This document shows, one piece after another, positions 39,016 to 54,961 of a stretch of 64,000 nt of DNA. Source of the stretch: the human T2T-CHM13v2.0 reference genome, Homo sapiens. The position numbers and the translations under genes are program-made. The DNA is taken from the NCBI RefSeq assembly GCF_009914755.1, contig NC_060932.1; one strand, given 5' to 3'. The stretch's first letter is position 1. The number at the start of each line of letters is the position of its first letter. The notes under the pieces are model-generated. The model worked only from the letters and a program-made list of their open reading frames with translations, searched no databases and was not told the origin of the DNA.

Positions 39016-42000
39016 TAAAAAATTTTCTTTATACACTTATTGGATGATGGACACTTAGATTAATTCCATATCTTTCCAATTTTGAATTGTGCTGTGATAA
39101 ACATGTGTACAGATGCATTTTTGATATAGTGACTTTTCCTTTGGGTAGATACTCAGTAGTGGTATTACTGAATTGAATGGTAGATCTAATTTCAGTTCTT
39201 TGAGAAATCTACATACTGTTTTCAATAGAGGTTTTACTAATTTACATCCCTACCTGCAGTGTACAGGCATTCCTGTTTTATCACATACACACCAATATCT
39301 ACTGTTTTCTAAATTTTTAAGAATAGCCATTCTGGGTAGGGTAAGGTGGTATTTCATTGTAGCTTTAGTTTGCATTTCTATGATGATTAGTGATGTTGGA
39401 CATTTTTTCACATATTTGTTGGACATTCATACATATTATTTTGAGAAATATCTATTCATGTACTTTGCCCACTCTTCGATGGGATTATTTTTTTTCCTGA
39501 TGATTTATTTGAATTCCTTGTAGATTCTGAATATTAGTCCTTTGTCAGATGCGTAGCTTGTGAATATTCCTATTCTGAGGGTTTTCTGTTTATTCTGACG
39601 ATTATTCCTTTGGCTGTGCAGAAGCTTTTTAGTTTAATTAATTCCGATTTAATTACTATTGTTTTTATTGCACTTGCTGTTGGGGTCTTAAACATAAATT
39701 ATTTGCCCAAGCCATTATCCAGAAGAGATTTTCCCAGGTTATCTTCTAGAATTTTTATGGCTTCAGGCCTTAGATTTAAGTCCTTGATTTATCTTGAGTT
39801 CATTTTTGCATAAGGTGGAAGAGAGGGATCCAGTTCCATTCTTCTATATGTGGCTATCCAATTTTCCCAACATTATTTATTAAATATGATGTCTTTTCCC
39901 CAATTTGTTTTTGGATGCTTTGTCAAAGATCAGTTGGTTGTAAATATTTGGTTTTATTTCTGGGTTCTCCATTCTGTTCCATTGGTCTATGTATTTACTT
40001 TGATACCAGTATCATGCTGTTTTGGTTACTATAGGCTTGTAGTATAATTTGAAGTCAGGTAATGTGATGCCTCCAGATTTGTTCTTTGTTCTTAGGATCA
40101 TTTTGAGTATTTGGGCTCTTCTTTGGTTCCATATTAATTTTAGGATTGTTTTTTCTAATTCTGTGAAAAATGATGTTGGTATTTTGATAGGAATTGCATT
40201 GAATCTATAGATTGCTTTGGGCAGTATAGGCATTTTTACAATACTGATTCTTCCAATCTTTGAGCATGAAATATATTTCTATTTGTTTATGTCATCTATT
40301 ATTTCTTTCAGTAGTGCTCTGTAGTTCTCCTTGTAGAGATCTTTCACCTCTTTGGTTAAGTATATTTCAATTGTTTTTGTAGCGATTTTAAAGGGACTGA
40401 GTTCTGGATTTGATTCTCAGTTTGGTCAATGCTGCTGTATAGCAGTGCTACTGATTTTTGTACATTGATTTTTTAGCTTTACTTAATTCATTTATCAGAT
40501 ACAAGAGTGCTTTGGATGAATCTTTAGAGTTTTCTAGGTATAAGATCATATCATTGGCAAACAGAGATAGTTTGATTTCCTCTTTTCCAATTGGGATGCA
40601 CTTTATTTCTTTCTCTTGCCTGATTGTTCTAGCCAGGACTTCCAGTACTACTTTGAATAGAAATGGTTAAAATGGGCATCCCTAATTCTTAGAAAAAATG
40701 TTTCAACTTTTCCCCATCCAGGATGATGTTGGCTGTAGATCTGTCATATATGGCTTTTATTACTTTCATATATGTTCCTTCTATGGCCAGTTTGTTGAGA
40801 TTTTATATCTTAAAGTATGCTGGATTTTTATCCCATGCTTTTTCTGGATCTACTGAGATGACAATACGGTTTTTGCTTTTAATTCTGTTTTTGTGATGAA
40901 TAACATTATTGACTTGTATATGCATATGTTGAACCATTCCTATATCACTGGAATGAAAACAATTCCATATTGATGTACTGTTGAATTCAGTTTGCTATTA
41001 CTTTGTTGAGAATTTTTGCATTTATATTCATCAGATATATTGGTCTGTAGTTTTTTGTTGTTATGTCCTTTGTTGGCTTTGGTATCAGGGTGATACTGGC
41101 ATCATAGAATGAGTTAAGAAGGATTTTTGAAATCTTCTCAATCTTTTGGAATAGTTTTAGTGGAATTTATACCAATTCTTCTTTGAATGTCTGGAAGAAA
41201 TCAACTGAATTTATCTGTTCCTGGGCTTTTTTGTTGTTGTTGGATTTCTTTATTATTACTGACTCAATCTCACTGCTTGTTATTGGTCTGTTTGGAATTT
41301 CTATTTCTTTCTGATTTAAGCGGATGGTTGGGGGAAATGTATGTTTTCAGAAATTTATGAATTTCTTCCAGTCTTTGTAGTTTGTGTGCATAGAGGTGTT
41401 CATAGCAATCTGGAATGATATTTTTTATTTCTGTGATGTCATCTGTAATCTTCCTTTCTAACTGAGCTTATTTTAATTTTCTCTCTTTTTTTTTTAAATC
41501 TAGCTAGTGGTCTATCAATATTGTTTATCTTTTCAAATAATCAGTGGTATATTCATTGATCTTTTTTACTTTTTTGTTTCAATTTCATTTAGTTTTGCAA
41601 TGATTTTTGTATTTCTTCTCTTCTGATAGTTGGCGGTTTGGTTTGTCCTTGTTTCTCTAGTTCCTTGTGGTGTGATATAATGTTAGGATGTGAATTTCTG
41701 ATCATTCAGATTTTTCTGATGTAGACATTTAGCACTATAAACTTTCCTCTTAGCATTGTGCTGTATTCCACAGATTTTGATAAATTGCATCACTGTTGTC
41801 ATTCATTTCAAAATTTTCAATTTTCATCTTGATTTCATTGTTAATCCTGAAATCATTCAGGAGCAGATTAGCAGATTGTTCAATTTCCATGTATTTGAAT
41901 AGTTTTGAGAGTAATTTTTATTTATTTCTAGTTTTGTTTTGCTGTGGCCTGAGAAGATATTTAATATGATTCTATTTTCTTAAATTTGTTGATACTTTAT

Positions 42001-42124
42001 TTTGTGGCTTCTCATATGGTGTATCTTAGAGAATGTTCCATGTGCTAATGCAGTTTTTGGGTACAGTGCTCTGCAAATATCTGTTCGGTCCATTTGTTCT
42101 AGAGTACAGGTTAAATTCAGTATT

Positions 42125-42128
<4 letters not shown>

Positions 42129-42168
<40 letters not shown>

Positions 42169-42464
42169 TTTTTGGAGACAGAGTTTCGCTCTTGTTGCCC
42201 AGGCTGGAGCGCAATAGTGCAATCTCGGCTCACCACAACCTCTGCCTCGCGGGTTCAAGCAGTTCTCCTGCCTCAGCCTCCTAAGTAGCTGGGATTTCAG
42301 ACGTGTGAGGAGTGTGCCACCATGCCTGGCTAATTTTGTATTTTTAGTACAGACAGGGTTTCTCCATGTTGGTCAGGCTTGTCTTGAACTTCTGACCTCG
42401 GGTGACCCGCCCGCCTCAGCCTCCCAAAGTGTTTCGATTACAGGCATGAGCCACCATGCCCGGC
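42129..42464 (-). mobile_element. AluSp/Sq-like inside L1PB
   Basis: (TTTC)n tail; GTTTCGCTCTTGTTGCCC and TCTCCATGTTGGTCAGG diagnostics; TSD AGTATTTCTT. Confidence 0.95.
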
Positions 42465-45400
42465 AGTATTTCTTCATTGACTTTCTGCCTCTATAATCAT
42501 TCTAGTGCTGTCAGTGGAGTGCTGAAATCCCCCACTCTTAACTGTGTTGCTATCTCTTTTCCTAGGCATAGTAGTAATTACTTTATGAATCTGGAACTTC
42601 AGAGTTAAGTGCATATATATTTATAATTATTACATCCTTTTGTTGAATTGATCCTTTTATCATTATGTAATGGCCTTCTTTGTCTTTTCTTTTTTTTTTT
42701 TAAAGTCTGTTTTATCCAATATAAGACCAGCTACTCCTGCTCACTTTCAGTTTCCATTTGTGTGAAATATCTTTTTTCACCCCTTTACCTTGAGTCTATA
42801 GGAATCCTTACATATTAGGTTTGTCTTATGAAGACAGCAGCTATTTATTTTGAGAATTTTTAAATTCATTCTGCCAATCTGTATATTTAAGGTGGATAAT
42901 TTAGACCATTTACATTCAATGTTAATATTGAGATGTGAGATACTGTTCCAGTCATCATGTCTATTGTGACCTAGTGACTTTGTTTTCTTCATTGTGTTGT
43001 TGTTTTATAAGTGTTGTGATTTTATGCTTTCAGGAGTTTCTATTCTGGTGTGTATTAACCTTATGTTTCAAGATTTAGAACACCTTTTATTATTTCTTGT
43101 AGGATTGCTCTAGTATTAACAATTTTACTCCACATTTGCTTGTCTGACACTTTATTTCTCCTTCATTTATGAAACTTAGTTTTGCTGGATACAGACTTCT
43201 TGGAGGATAGTTACTCCATTTAAGGAGACAAAAGATAAGGCCTCAAGCCCTTCTGGATTGTAAAGTTTCTACTGAGAGGTCTCCTGTTAGTCTGATAGTT
43301 TTTCCTTTATAGGTTATCTGATTTTTTTTTTCTCACTGTTTCTAGAATTCTTTTCTTACCATTGACTTTAGATAGCCTTATGACTATAAGCCTTGGTGAT
43401 ATTCCTTTTGCAATGAGTCCCCCGGGAGTTCTTTGAGCTTCCTGTATTTGGATATCTAAATCTGTAGCAAGGCAAGGTACGTTTTCCTTAATTAGTCTCT
43501 CAAATAGATTTTCCAACTTCTTACTTTTTCTTCTTCTCAGGAACACCTATATTTCATAGGTTTGGCTATTTTATTTAACCCCATGTTTCTTGGAGACGGT
43601 TCATTTATTTAAATCCATTTTTGTTTATTTTGTCTGATTGGCTTAATTCAAAACAGACAACAAGGAAAGTCTTTCTTCTACTTGGTCTAGTCCATTGTTG
43701 AACTTTCCACTGCATTTTATATTTCCCTAAATGTGTCTTTCATTTTCAGAAATTCTGGTGGGTTTTTCTTTAAAATACCTGTCTGTTTAGAAATGTTTTT
43801 ACTCATATCCTTATTTTTTTTAAATTTGTTTATGGTGGCTTTCATCTTTATCTTGTTTCTATTTGAGTAACTTAATTATCAACCCTTTGAATTATTTATC
43901 TGATGTTTCTACAGTTTCGTTTGGATACACTAATAGATAGTTTGATATTTTAGGGATGTTTTAGACCCTGTTTTTCATATTGTCAGAATTATTTTTCTGG
44001 CTCCTTCTCACTTGGACAGACTATTCTTCTAATGACTTTTGAATTCATTTTTGATTGAACTAGTTTGTCTTTTTAATTTTTTTTCCCTTAAGGATGTGAC
44101 TTTAATGTTTATAGTTTATTGTCACCTAGCTGCAGCTCCATGTGCTTTCAGTGGTGCAGACTTGGTATGAGTCCCTTGGTTATAGAGAATCTTTGTGCAA
44201 TGGCTTTCTCAGATGGTGGTTGTGGTGATGCTGTGCTGGATGTGTGAGCAGGTTCACTGTCTCCTGTAGGGAGTTTTTAGTCTGGTTCACAATTTAGGCT
44301 GCAGCCTGCTGCTTCTTTCAAAAGATCTGTGGTTTCTTTCAGTTTTTCTGTTAAGTTACTATGTTGCTTCTGAAAAGAAACTGCTTTTCTTGTGACTACT
44401 GAAAATGAATTCCTCCTCTTTCCCTGAAAGCAAAGTAGTTCTATGGCCAGCAGCTCTCACTTGGAGAAGACCACACAGCTCCAGCAGGGCAGCATTTTGT
44501 CTCTTGATTTCTCCTCAAATCTGATGACACACACTAACCCCAGCCATCTCTTGAAACATGTCCTCAAGCATTCAGCACAGTGGTGCGTCAAGACAGGCTG
44601 CCCAATCCAATTGCTGGGGCTGGATGTCTCTTAGGGATTGAAGGCTGAAGGGAGGATTGAAACTGGAGCTCTGGGAACTCCCAGTCAAGTAACCTGAGCA
44701 ACAGTTTCATCTTCTGAAAAAGTTCTTTTTCTTGATTTCACATTTTATATGTTTATCTCAAACATTTATATTCCTCAAAGATCCTCTAAACTAACTACAA
44801 GCTCCTCCACATTATCAGGACAAACACAATTCTAACTCTCAAAAGGTAAGCATAGTAAGTATCATGGTAGTGGAATTAAAATATATGATTGCTACATTTT
44901 AAGTTATTAAGTTATGAGGTCAAATTTCAGAAAGAGAAAGAGTAAGTAGAAATGGAATTTCTTGGGAATGTTTAATTAGTTATATTACATCTTTACCAAC
45001 AATAAATAAAACAAAATACTTTATTTAACCATTCCTAATTGCTTTCACTTTTTAAATGGTTTTAATCTATCATCATCTACTTTTTAATATCTATAACCAT
45101 TAATACAATAATTTTCAGATTTTCAAAATGACAAATGCTTGTATTTTTATCAGAAAGTTTTAGGATGTTTCAGATTGACCAAATATGTTGTTTTTTCCCT
45201 TCCTAATGGAGAAAGCTAAGTCTTTAAGTTGCCTTAAGTCACATGTGACACCTCCATATTATAATATGCATGTTGTCAATGTCCTGGGGACAGAAATGAT
45301 ATGTCTCGTTCTGAATTTCAGCAATTTTTGTATTCCAGCATTATAAAAATTGTTCAAACCATTGTATAGATTATATGTTTCATAACAAAATGAAATATGC

Positions 45401-45664
45401 ATTTAAAATTTAAAAAATCAAAGTCTTGTGGCACTAAATATACTTTTCCTAAATCTTTTAACTTTACAGGGAAATTTATTTCATTAATCCTTTTTTATGT
45501 TCTTCTAGCAGTTGTTTCTAAAACACTAAGTTAGAAGTTCATATAACTATTTTAACTTACTATAAGTTATTGAAAATGCCTCTATACATTTATATAATAA
45601 ATGTATGCAAATGTATGCAGATTATACATAATATTATCTCAATTTTATAAGGCAAAAACATCAT

Positions 45665-46435
45665 AAGTGTTGTGTAAAAGATTTAAACAGACACTTCACA
45701 AGAGAAATTATAGAGAAGTCCAATAAACCAAATGACAAATTCTCAAAATAATTGATCATCAGGCAATGCAAATATAAACTACAATGAGATATCAGTACAC
45801 AACTTTCAGATAAGAAAAATTTTCAATATGTGATAATTCCAAGTGTTAGCAAAGATGAGGAACAACTAGAATTCTCATAGTTGGTAGAAAAAAAATAACT
45901 ATTTGAGAAACTATTATTTTATAATATTAACATAGACTTTTCATACAATTCAACAATTCCACATCTAGGCATTTACAAGTAAGAAATAAAAGCCAATGTC
46001 CACACAATGTCTTGCACACAGATATGTAGTATTTATATTCATAAAGCAGAAACTGAAAAAAGACTGTTTATCAGCATATGAATGGATAACCAAATGATGG
46101 TGTATTCATACACTGAAATACTACACAACAGTAAAAAAAGTTCTGAAACAAAATAATATAGAGGATTCTTTAAACACTATTGAGTAAAGAAATCAGATAT
46201 GAAAATGCATTCCACTTGGATCCCTTTTATGTGAAAATCTGGAAAGACAAATCTATTACTGAGAGAATGAATATTAGTGGTTGCCTGGGGACAAGGAAGT
46301 AGAGGATCTATTGGTATATGGCATAAAGGCAGTTTGAGGGTAATTATAATTTTTTATGTCTTATTGTGATGGTTGTATAGATGTATGCCTTTTTCAGAAC
46401 ACATTATATGTTGACAAATCTAAATTGCATTCATT
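45665..46435 (+). mobile_element. L1ME/L1MC ORF2 end and 3'UTR
   Basis: AAAGATTTAAACAGACACTTCAC...CAACTAGAATTCTCA...TTAGTGGTTGCCTGGGG. Confidence 0.8.
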
Positions 46436-47139
46436 GACCCACATGTAACAGGATTTTATAAAAATTATTTTATTCTATTAACAAATATTTAAAAATTATT
46501 CAAATGAGGCTTTATTTATTTGTATTTTTAATGTAGTAGCAGAGCAATTGTTGGGAGGAAAAAGGTTCCAGTTAACTAGCATCATTTTTCAAGAGATAAG
46601 GACTTTTTTCTCTAAATGTAAGTCTATCTACATTATAATTTATTATAAATACATTTATCACTTTTATACAAAACGTAGGCATTCAAACAGAAACAAATTA
46701 TCCAACCTCAAGAAATAAAACAACTAATATGTGCTTTTGTTGGTTAAGTTAAATGTTTATACAGAAAAATCGCTCCTCCAAAATATGAATATCATTTATA
46801 TTACCAACAATTGAATGTGCTTTTTGTAAAAATTTTAGTAATCTAAATAAGGAATATTTTTCTGTCATATTAAATTAATAATATTTAAGTTAACATATTA
46901 TATTAAATAAACAATTATTCATTAAAAAGGAAATACGGTACTTCCTGGCTGGTCACCAAGATTAAAATTTGTAGTCACATCATTGAATTCAAATTACAGA
47001 TTTAGATGTTTGACTCTGAACACAGACCTGAGATTAAATAACACTGGAGACCCAATAACCTCTTCATATGAGAATAACAACTAATCTTAAATAATAAGCA
47101 CCTACACAATATTCACAATTAATTTAGAAGTTATGGGGG

Positions 47140-47352
47140 CATGTTCTGCTGGTTGTGCCTACCACTTGGGTTTAATATCCATCCTGTACTAAATGAGTTA
47201 GTTGGGCAACAGGCTAAACCAATCTAAGCCTTGAGAGATATAATAATAGTACTGGTCATGCAGGATGATTGTTAAAATGAATGACATAATTCATACAAAG
47301 TACTTGGGTCACAATTAAGCATCAAAAGTACTATACAAATATTAAATATTAG
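47140..47352 (+). mobile_element. MIR remnant
   Basis: TTGGGCAA...ATAATAATAGTAC...GATTGTTAAAATGAATGACATAAT..AAAGTACTT. Confidence 0.6.
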
Positions 47353-47924
47353 TATAGGCTTCATTTCTAAAATAACTTCTCCAAAGTAATGCTAAATATT
47401 GTTAAAATTAAACAAATGGCAAACCTCTTCTTTACAGCTATATTTCATATTTTTAAAAAGCTAAATTATCTTTTATTACAAAACAGATAAATTAATATTT
47501 GTATAGATAGTTGTAAATATAAAATTTCAAAATATTTCATGAAATTTTTATTATTCGTGAAGGAATTAACCAATGGTCTACATATAATTAAGAATATAAG
47601 TATAAATATATCTAAAATGTCTTCTTGGGTGACCAAAGAGTAAAAATTTAAACCAAATTCTCTCGAAACACATTTTATAGACAATCAAATATGCTGTGAA
47701 TAATATAGTCACCCAATATATTTTCTTAGATTTGAATTCATTCATAATAACTCTGATGTAAATAATTAAAATATTTGCTTTTGCTTCAAAATCTATTTTA
47801 TATTGCACCTTATTTCGTATATAGTGTTAGTGTACAAGAAATCATAAATGAAAGTTTACTTTATTAAATGCCATTTTAGGATCCATTGCTATCTTAATCC
47901 ATGTTCACTATAAAACAGAGCCTC

Positions 47925-48226
47925 GGCCAGGCATGGTGGCTCACACCTGTATTTCAAACACTTTGGGAGGCCAAGGTGGGCAGATCACGAGGTCAGGAGA
48001 TCGAGACCATCCTGGCTAACACGGTGAAACCCCATCTCTACTAAAAATACAAAAAGTTAGTCGAGCGTGGTGGCAGGTGCCTGTAGTCCCAGCTACTTGG
48101 GAGGCTGAGGCAGGAGAATGGTGTGAACCCAGGAGGTGGGCTTACAGTGAGCTGAGATCGTGCCACAGCACTCCAGCCTGGGCAACAGATTGAGACTCCA
48201 TCAACAAACAAACAAACAAACAAACA
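47925..48226 (+). mobile_element. AluY (old)
   Basis: GAGATCGAGACCATCCTGGCTAACACGG; (AAAC)n tail; 12-bp TSD AAAACAGAGCCT. Confidence 0.96.
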
Positions 48227-48349
48227 AAAACAGAGCCTGAGACTAAGTAATAAGTAATAATCCTCATTAACTTTGGGAGGTCATGTTCCAAGGCAGGTAA
48301 AATGATGCAAAGGAAAGTGAAGCAAAGAGGAATGTGAGTAAAGGCAAAA

Positions 48350-49262
<913 letters not shown>

Positions 49263-50923
49263 CATCATATTCTTAAAATCCTTTCACACACAAAATGCCC
49301 AGATTTTTCTGTCAAAATAGTTTGACAAAAATCATGCAATTATTGTGCAACTATGGGTCTTACTTTGTACCTCACTCTTTGGTGTCCCTGAGGAATTAAA
49401 ACTTGTTATATGTCTCAAAGCAATGATTCATGCTTTGGATTTTAAGCATGATGGATTTTAAGGCAGGTCATCAGTCCCTCCTGAGACAACTAAGCTAAAT
49501 ATTAACAATTGTTTCCACAATCCTTAGCGCAGGGGAACTTTGCAGGCGAAATTAAATTCTTCTGCACAGAAGGGACAAACATCACCTACTCTTCCATTTC
49601 TTTGGACAAAGGTTGTCAAAATGGCTTCAATTCTGGAAGCAGATGCAACTTTCCACTGTGCTGAAAATAGAGAAAAAAACATTTTGTTGTGTAGTACTAA
49701 TATCTACTGTTCTAGAAAGAGCAAATTTGTTTTGCTGTAAAATTAAGGTGCTAATGATGGTAAGAAAAACTTGAGTTAAAACCGTGACATGTCTAGATGA
49801 TTTGTGTGTTATAAAAACAGGAAAGTATGATATTTTTTAAAGTAATGTAGCTCAAATTATCTTTTTTGTATAATACACTTCCATTGTTTAAACAAGGATC
49901 CTATAATTCTTTTTGCCTAGACAGCTGTTCAAAGGCTATTAATTTATATCACAAAATGAAATATAACAGTGTGATTGGGTTGGTGGTACTACAGAGGCAT
50001 TTTTAGAATTCTTAGTATAATGCACAGTAAATTTCACAAGTTATATTTCCAGTATGATTCTATCAAGTTAAATGACCTTGGAGTAGACTATTAAGGGCAA
50101 AGACACTTCTCTTATAATCAACTTCAGCTATTAAAGCCATCCAGAATTTTTTCTCATATTGAAAAAAATTTATCCTCTACCCCCTGATGGCTACAAGAAA
50201 GGGTTTGGGCCATTTGTTCCAAATCTCATATATAACTCTATTATAGAGCTATTATGCATGTTAAGAACATCTAAATCCAGTCTAGTCTGATGTACCTATT
50301 ATCAGAATTTGTGAAAATGCCACTTATTTAAAAATTATTTCTTAAGACTGCTCATGTATAGAAAGTTTCTGAATATAGTCAGACTTCCTTTGCAGTAAGA
50401 AAAAGGATGATAAAAGGGTATGAAACACTTTGAATAAAAATTAAATATTACAAATGTATTACAATACTGATTATAATAACTCTAAGTAATTTTTTGTTTG
50501 TTTAAAAAAATAATGTATCCCTATTGATTGGCAAGTATGCTACCAAATCCTGAGGATTCATTCCTGATATTCCATGCAATGAATGGACACAATATCTAAG
50601 TGTTTACCAGGACATGTTCTTGCAATTTAAATATATAATAATGGATTAATAATATAGTTTTTACCATTCTATAAGTGTCAGTTAAAGTTATATAATAGCC
50701 AAAAATCTAACCGCAGTCACACACACACTGCCTAACATTTCAGTCAATGGTGGACCACATATATAATGGTAGTCTCATAAGGTTATAATGGAGCTGAAAA
50801 ATTTCTATTGCTTAGTAATGTCATAGCCATCATAATATCACAGTGCAACACATTATTTATATGTTTGTGGTGATGCTGGTGTAAACAAACTAACTGTGCT
50901 GCCAGTCATACAAAAGTACAGGA

Positions 50924-51554
<631 letters not shown>

Positions 51555-53149
51555 CTATGTTACTTGTTTATGTATTTACCAGACTATACTTTTTATCATT
51601 ATTTTAGTGTGTACTACTTTTACTTATGAAAAATGTTAACTGTTAAACAGCCTCAGTCAGTCCTTAAGGAGGTATTCCAGAAGAAGGCATTATCATCATA
51701 GGCAATGACAGCTCCATGCGTGTTATTGCCCCTGAAGTTCTTCCAGTGAGACAAGATGTGGAAGTGGAGGACAGTGATGTTGATGATCGTGACCCTTGTT
51801 TGTCCTGGACTAATAATGTGTGTGTTTGTGTTTTAGATTTTAACAGAAAAGTTTAAGAAGTAAAATAAATAAATAAATTGTTAAAATAAGAATATAAAGT
51901 AAAAAAATATATTTTACAGCTGTTCAGCATGTTTGTGTTTTAAGCTAAGTGTTATAAAAAAGAATCAAAAAGTTAATTTAAAAAAGATTTTTAAGCATAG
52001 CATTTCAATATCCTTTGACCATTGTGGTATGAATAAAAGTTGCTTGAATCAAGAAAGCAACACAAATTATAGCATCAATACTATCTATGTATCTAGAAAT
52101 ACATAAAATGAAATGAAAATGATTAGTGAAGGAATTCATCTTAAAAGTCAATTAACTTACTGAAATTTAAGGATAAATGTTATGAACCAATTGTAAATAG
52201 GGGTGTTTTCCTAATTGTGATAAAAAGAGGGGTTGCCATATCTGTCAGTCAATATGTTGTCTTTCTTCGGTGTCAAGATGTATGTGTCCTATGAAACATT
52301 TTCATATTTTTTATTTTGAATGCTCAAACTGATCATTTTTACATCCATGCTTTCTCATTAAATTGATTTTCTTCACCAGATACTGCTTCAAGCTGTCTAC
52401 CTCTAATACCACTCTTAAATTCTGTATATTTTTGGAGATATTTCTCAAGGTCTGTTCCCATCAGAAGATGAAGTTGATAAGTAATATGGAATTTGAATTA
52501 CATATGTCCCACTTTAGGTAAAGAAGTTAAGCTCTCCATCTTACAAGGCTGTGGATAAGAAAGGCTTTTAACTTTTTTTTTTTTTTTTTTGTCAACACCT
52601 AAGAAAAAATGTAATATTTATTCTTCTGGATAGAGAAGGAAAAAATATATATATATTTCTAGAGTTTTCCTCAGGCACATATCTACTACCACGCTACATC
52701 ACATCTTTCAGAATTTGAATTGGATAAGCTTTCTTGCCACTGTTTTTAAAATAAAAAGCTCTAGACCCTCTTCATTCCATATAAAATTATTGCACAAAAT
52801 ACTTTCAGTGTTCTCTTTCAAATTGTACCTGTTGTGCTTATTAGTTTTATATAAAAGCAAATAGTGACAAAGTAGATGCAAAAGAAAAGTTACTAACACA
52901 TTATTAGAAGTTCAGAATTTTAAGGGTAGCCAGAGGAGCTAATTTAGAAACAACAGAAACTAAAGAAATTCTTAAAATTAAAAACAGAAACAATAACTGT
53001 ATTATTATGATTACAGAGTTCATACCCTCGCTCTGTTCTTCATTCTCTCAGATACGAAGTCCATTTTTTTAAAATAAATAAATGGTGATCACTAAGTCAG
53101 TATCATGGGTGGTACATGATTTATACGTCACAATATCATTAAGTGTATT

Positions 53150-53700
53150 CTTTAAGAGAGATAACGTGATAAGGACATTTTAGATTGAAGAATAAGCATG
53201 CACAAAGCATTAAAAGTTCTGAAAATGTGTGTAATATTCAGTAAACTAAGTAATTTCTCATTCTAGAAATATAGGGTGCGCTAGGTTGAGGAGAGACAAC
53301 AATGATTTCTAGGGAGATGATCAGGCAGATGTTTGTCAAGCTTAACTGTGAATTTATTACGCAATAGTGATCTATTTTAATGTTTCAAATAGGTAAATAT
53401 ATGTTATATTTATTCTTTAGAATGATTCCTTTGGCATGGTTTAAAGGAAGAATGAAAACATTGTGAATTTAGAGGCAGAATGTTAGCAAGGCTACACTCC
53501 CAACAGACCCAATAGAGGTGATGATAACTTGAACTAAGGCAATTATCAGTGTGGATATGAAGGAGAAAATTATCCCAGAAGTTGTTAAGGAGATAGAATT
53601 CTGAGTACTACAACAGCGGTTAAATGCCTGGGGTGAGATAAAGGAAAAAGTCAGAAATAATACTCACAGTTCTAGTTTTAGTGATTGCATAGATACATCA
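53150..53700 (-). mobile_element. L2 remnant
   Basis: AGCATGCACAAAG..TTTAGAATGATTCCTTTGGC..GAGGTGATGATAACTTGAACTAAGG..AAGTCAGAAATAATACTC typical of antisense L2. Confidence 0.7.
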
Positions 53701-53874
53701 AGAATCCAAATATTCCTGTGTCTTCTCTCTCTCTCTAAGTTACCTGAGAGAGATTTGCTACCAATTTTAATTCTAAAGTTTCCTCTCTTATGGATATGGA
53801 TATCTTAAAATTCAAAATACCTTTACCAATCTTCTAAACTAAACAGTAAAGAATCTCATATTTTTACATAATGG

Positions 53875-53960
53875 TTTCATCAGTGAAGAGTTGATACATA
53901 GAATTTATTCTTCATTTACAATTTCATCAGTGAAGAGCTTAGAGATAGAATTTATTCTTC
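53875..53960 (+). repeat. 39-bp direct repeat, two copies, period 47
   Basis: TTTCATCAGTGAAGAG-N7-ATAGAATTTATTCTTC at 53875 and 53922. Confidence 0.92.
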
Positions 53961-54961
53961 TGGCAAATGCTTTTTATGCCTTATCTCAAACATATATGCT
54001 ATAAAATTAAGTGCTATGGGACTGTAACTATGTATGCAATAGTGAGGTATCAGCACAGATGTTGCTCATCAGAAAAGGAAAAATGCAAAGAGAGAGGTTA
54101 GGGTCAAAAGTCTGGTATGGAAAAGCATTCTAAGGATATTGCTGAAACAAATGAGCTATTTTCATAATGGCATATACTCTATTAAATCTATGTAGCTACA
54201 ATAAAATATTTCAGAATAATACAAGAGAAAAAATGCACTGTTTAGGATGTTTCAAATTCTGTAGAGTTGACTATAAATTATTGAAAGATCTGAAGTAATG
54301 ATCACAATCTTGATGGAAATAATGAGACATGATCCACAAGAAAAGTCAGTGGTAAAGTCAGTAGGGAACCACCAATTCAAAGTTGAGTTTCACTTTCTCT
54401 AGTATGTATGAGATGCTCTAGGTCTTATTTTTGCGGTTACTATGATATTTCTTAATTCTCTGAGGCTATAATCAACACCATAGGCAGAAAATTACAAATA
54501 TTGTGATTGGGTAAATCAAACATTTTGCCTATTACTCTTTTTCAGTGTCTTACATATTGCTTATGAGACTTTTGAGACCAAGTCCTAATATATATAATTT
54601 CTAGAAATATTTAAGCTAATCTACATAAATTCCCACTGGCCTGCTAATCAGAAAGTTCTGATCTAGAACACTAAAAACTTCCAGATCTAATATCCAAAGG
54701 ATATGAGATAAATAACAAACACTTAAATTCACCCCACATATTCTGTTCCCTGGTATTTACTGGGGAAGAATTTACAGTTTATGAAATAGAAATACTTAGG
54801 TATCTTGGACACTTTTGAAGTATGGATTTATTAGGTGGACTCTCTTCCTTAAAATAATAACAGACACTTTCTTTGCAAATATTACATACAAGTTTACCAA
54901 GTAACAATTCCTGTGCTAAGTAGTTGATTCACTCACAACCTCCCTTTTCAAGTGACCTATG

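Larger units (their letters stand above)
38448..44380 (-). mobile_element. Near full-length L1PB (L1PB2/3-like), degenerate
   Basis: 3'UTR TTTTTGGTTACATGGATGAATTG..CTTAGCTCCTACTT; ORF2 remnants (track 40012-40233 [19 protein letters not shown]), ORF1 remnant (43307-43546 DLDIQIQEAQRTP), 5'UTR to about 44380. Confidence 0.93.

Noticed and set aside
53875-53960. Repeat-spacer-repeat resembling a CRISPR array
   Set aside because: Only two copies, 8-bp spacer, primate DNA, no cas genes.
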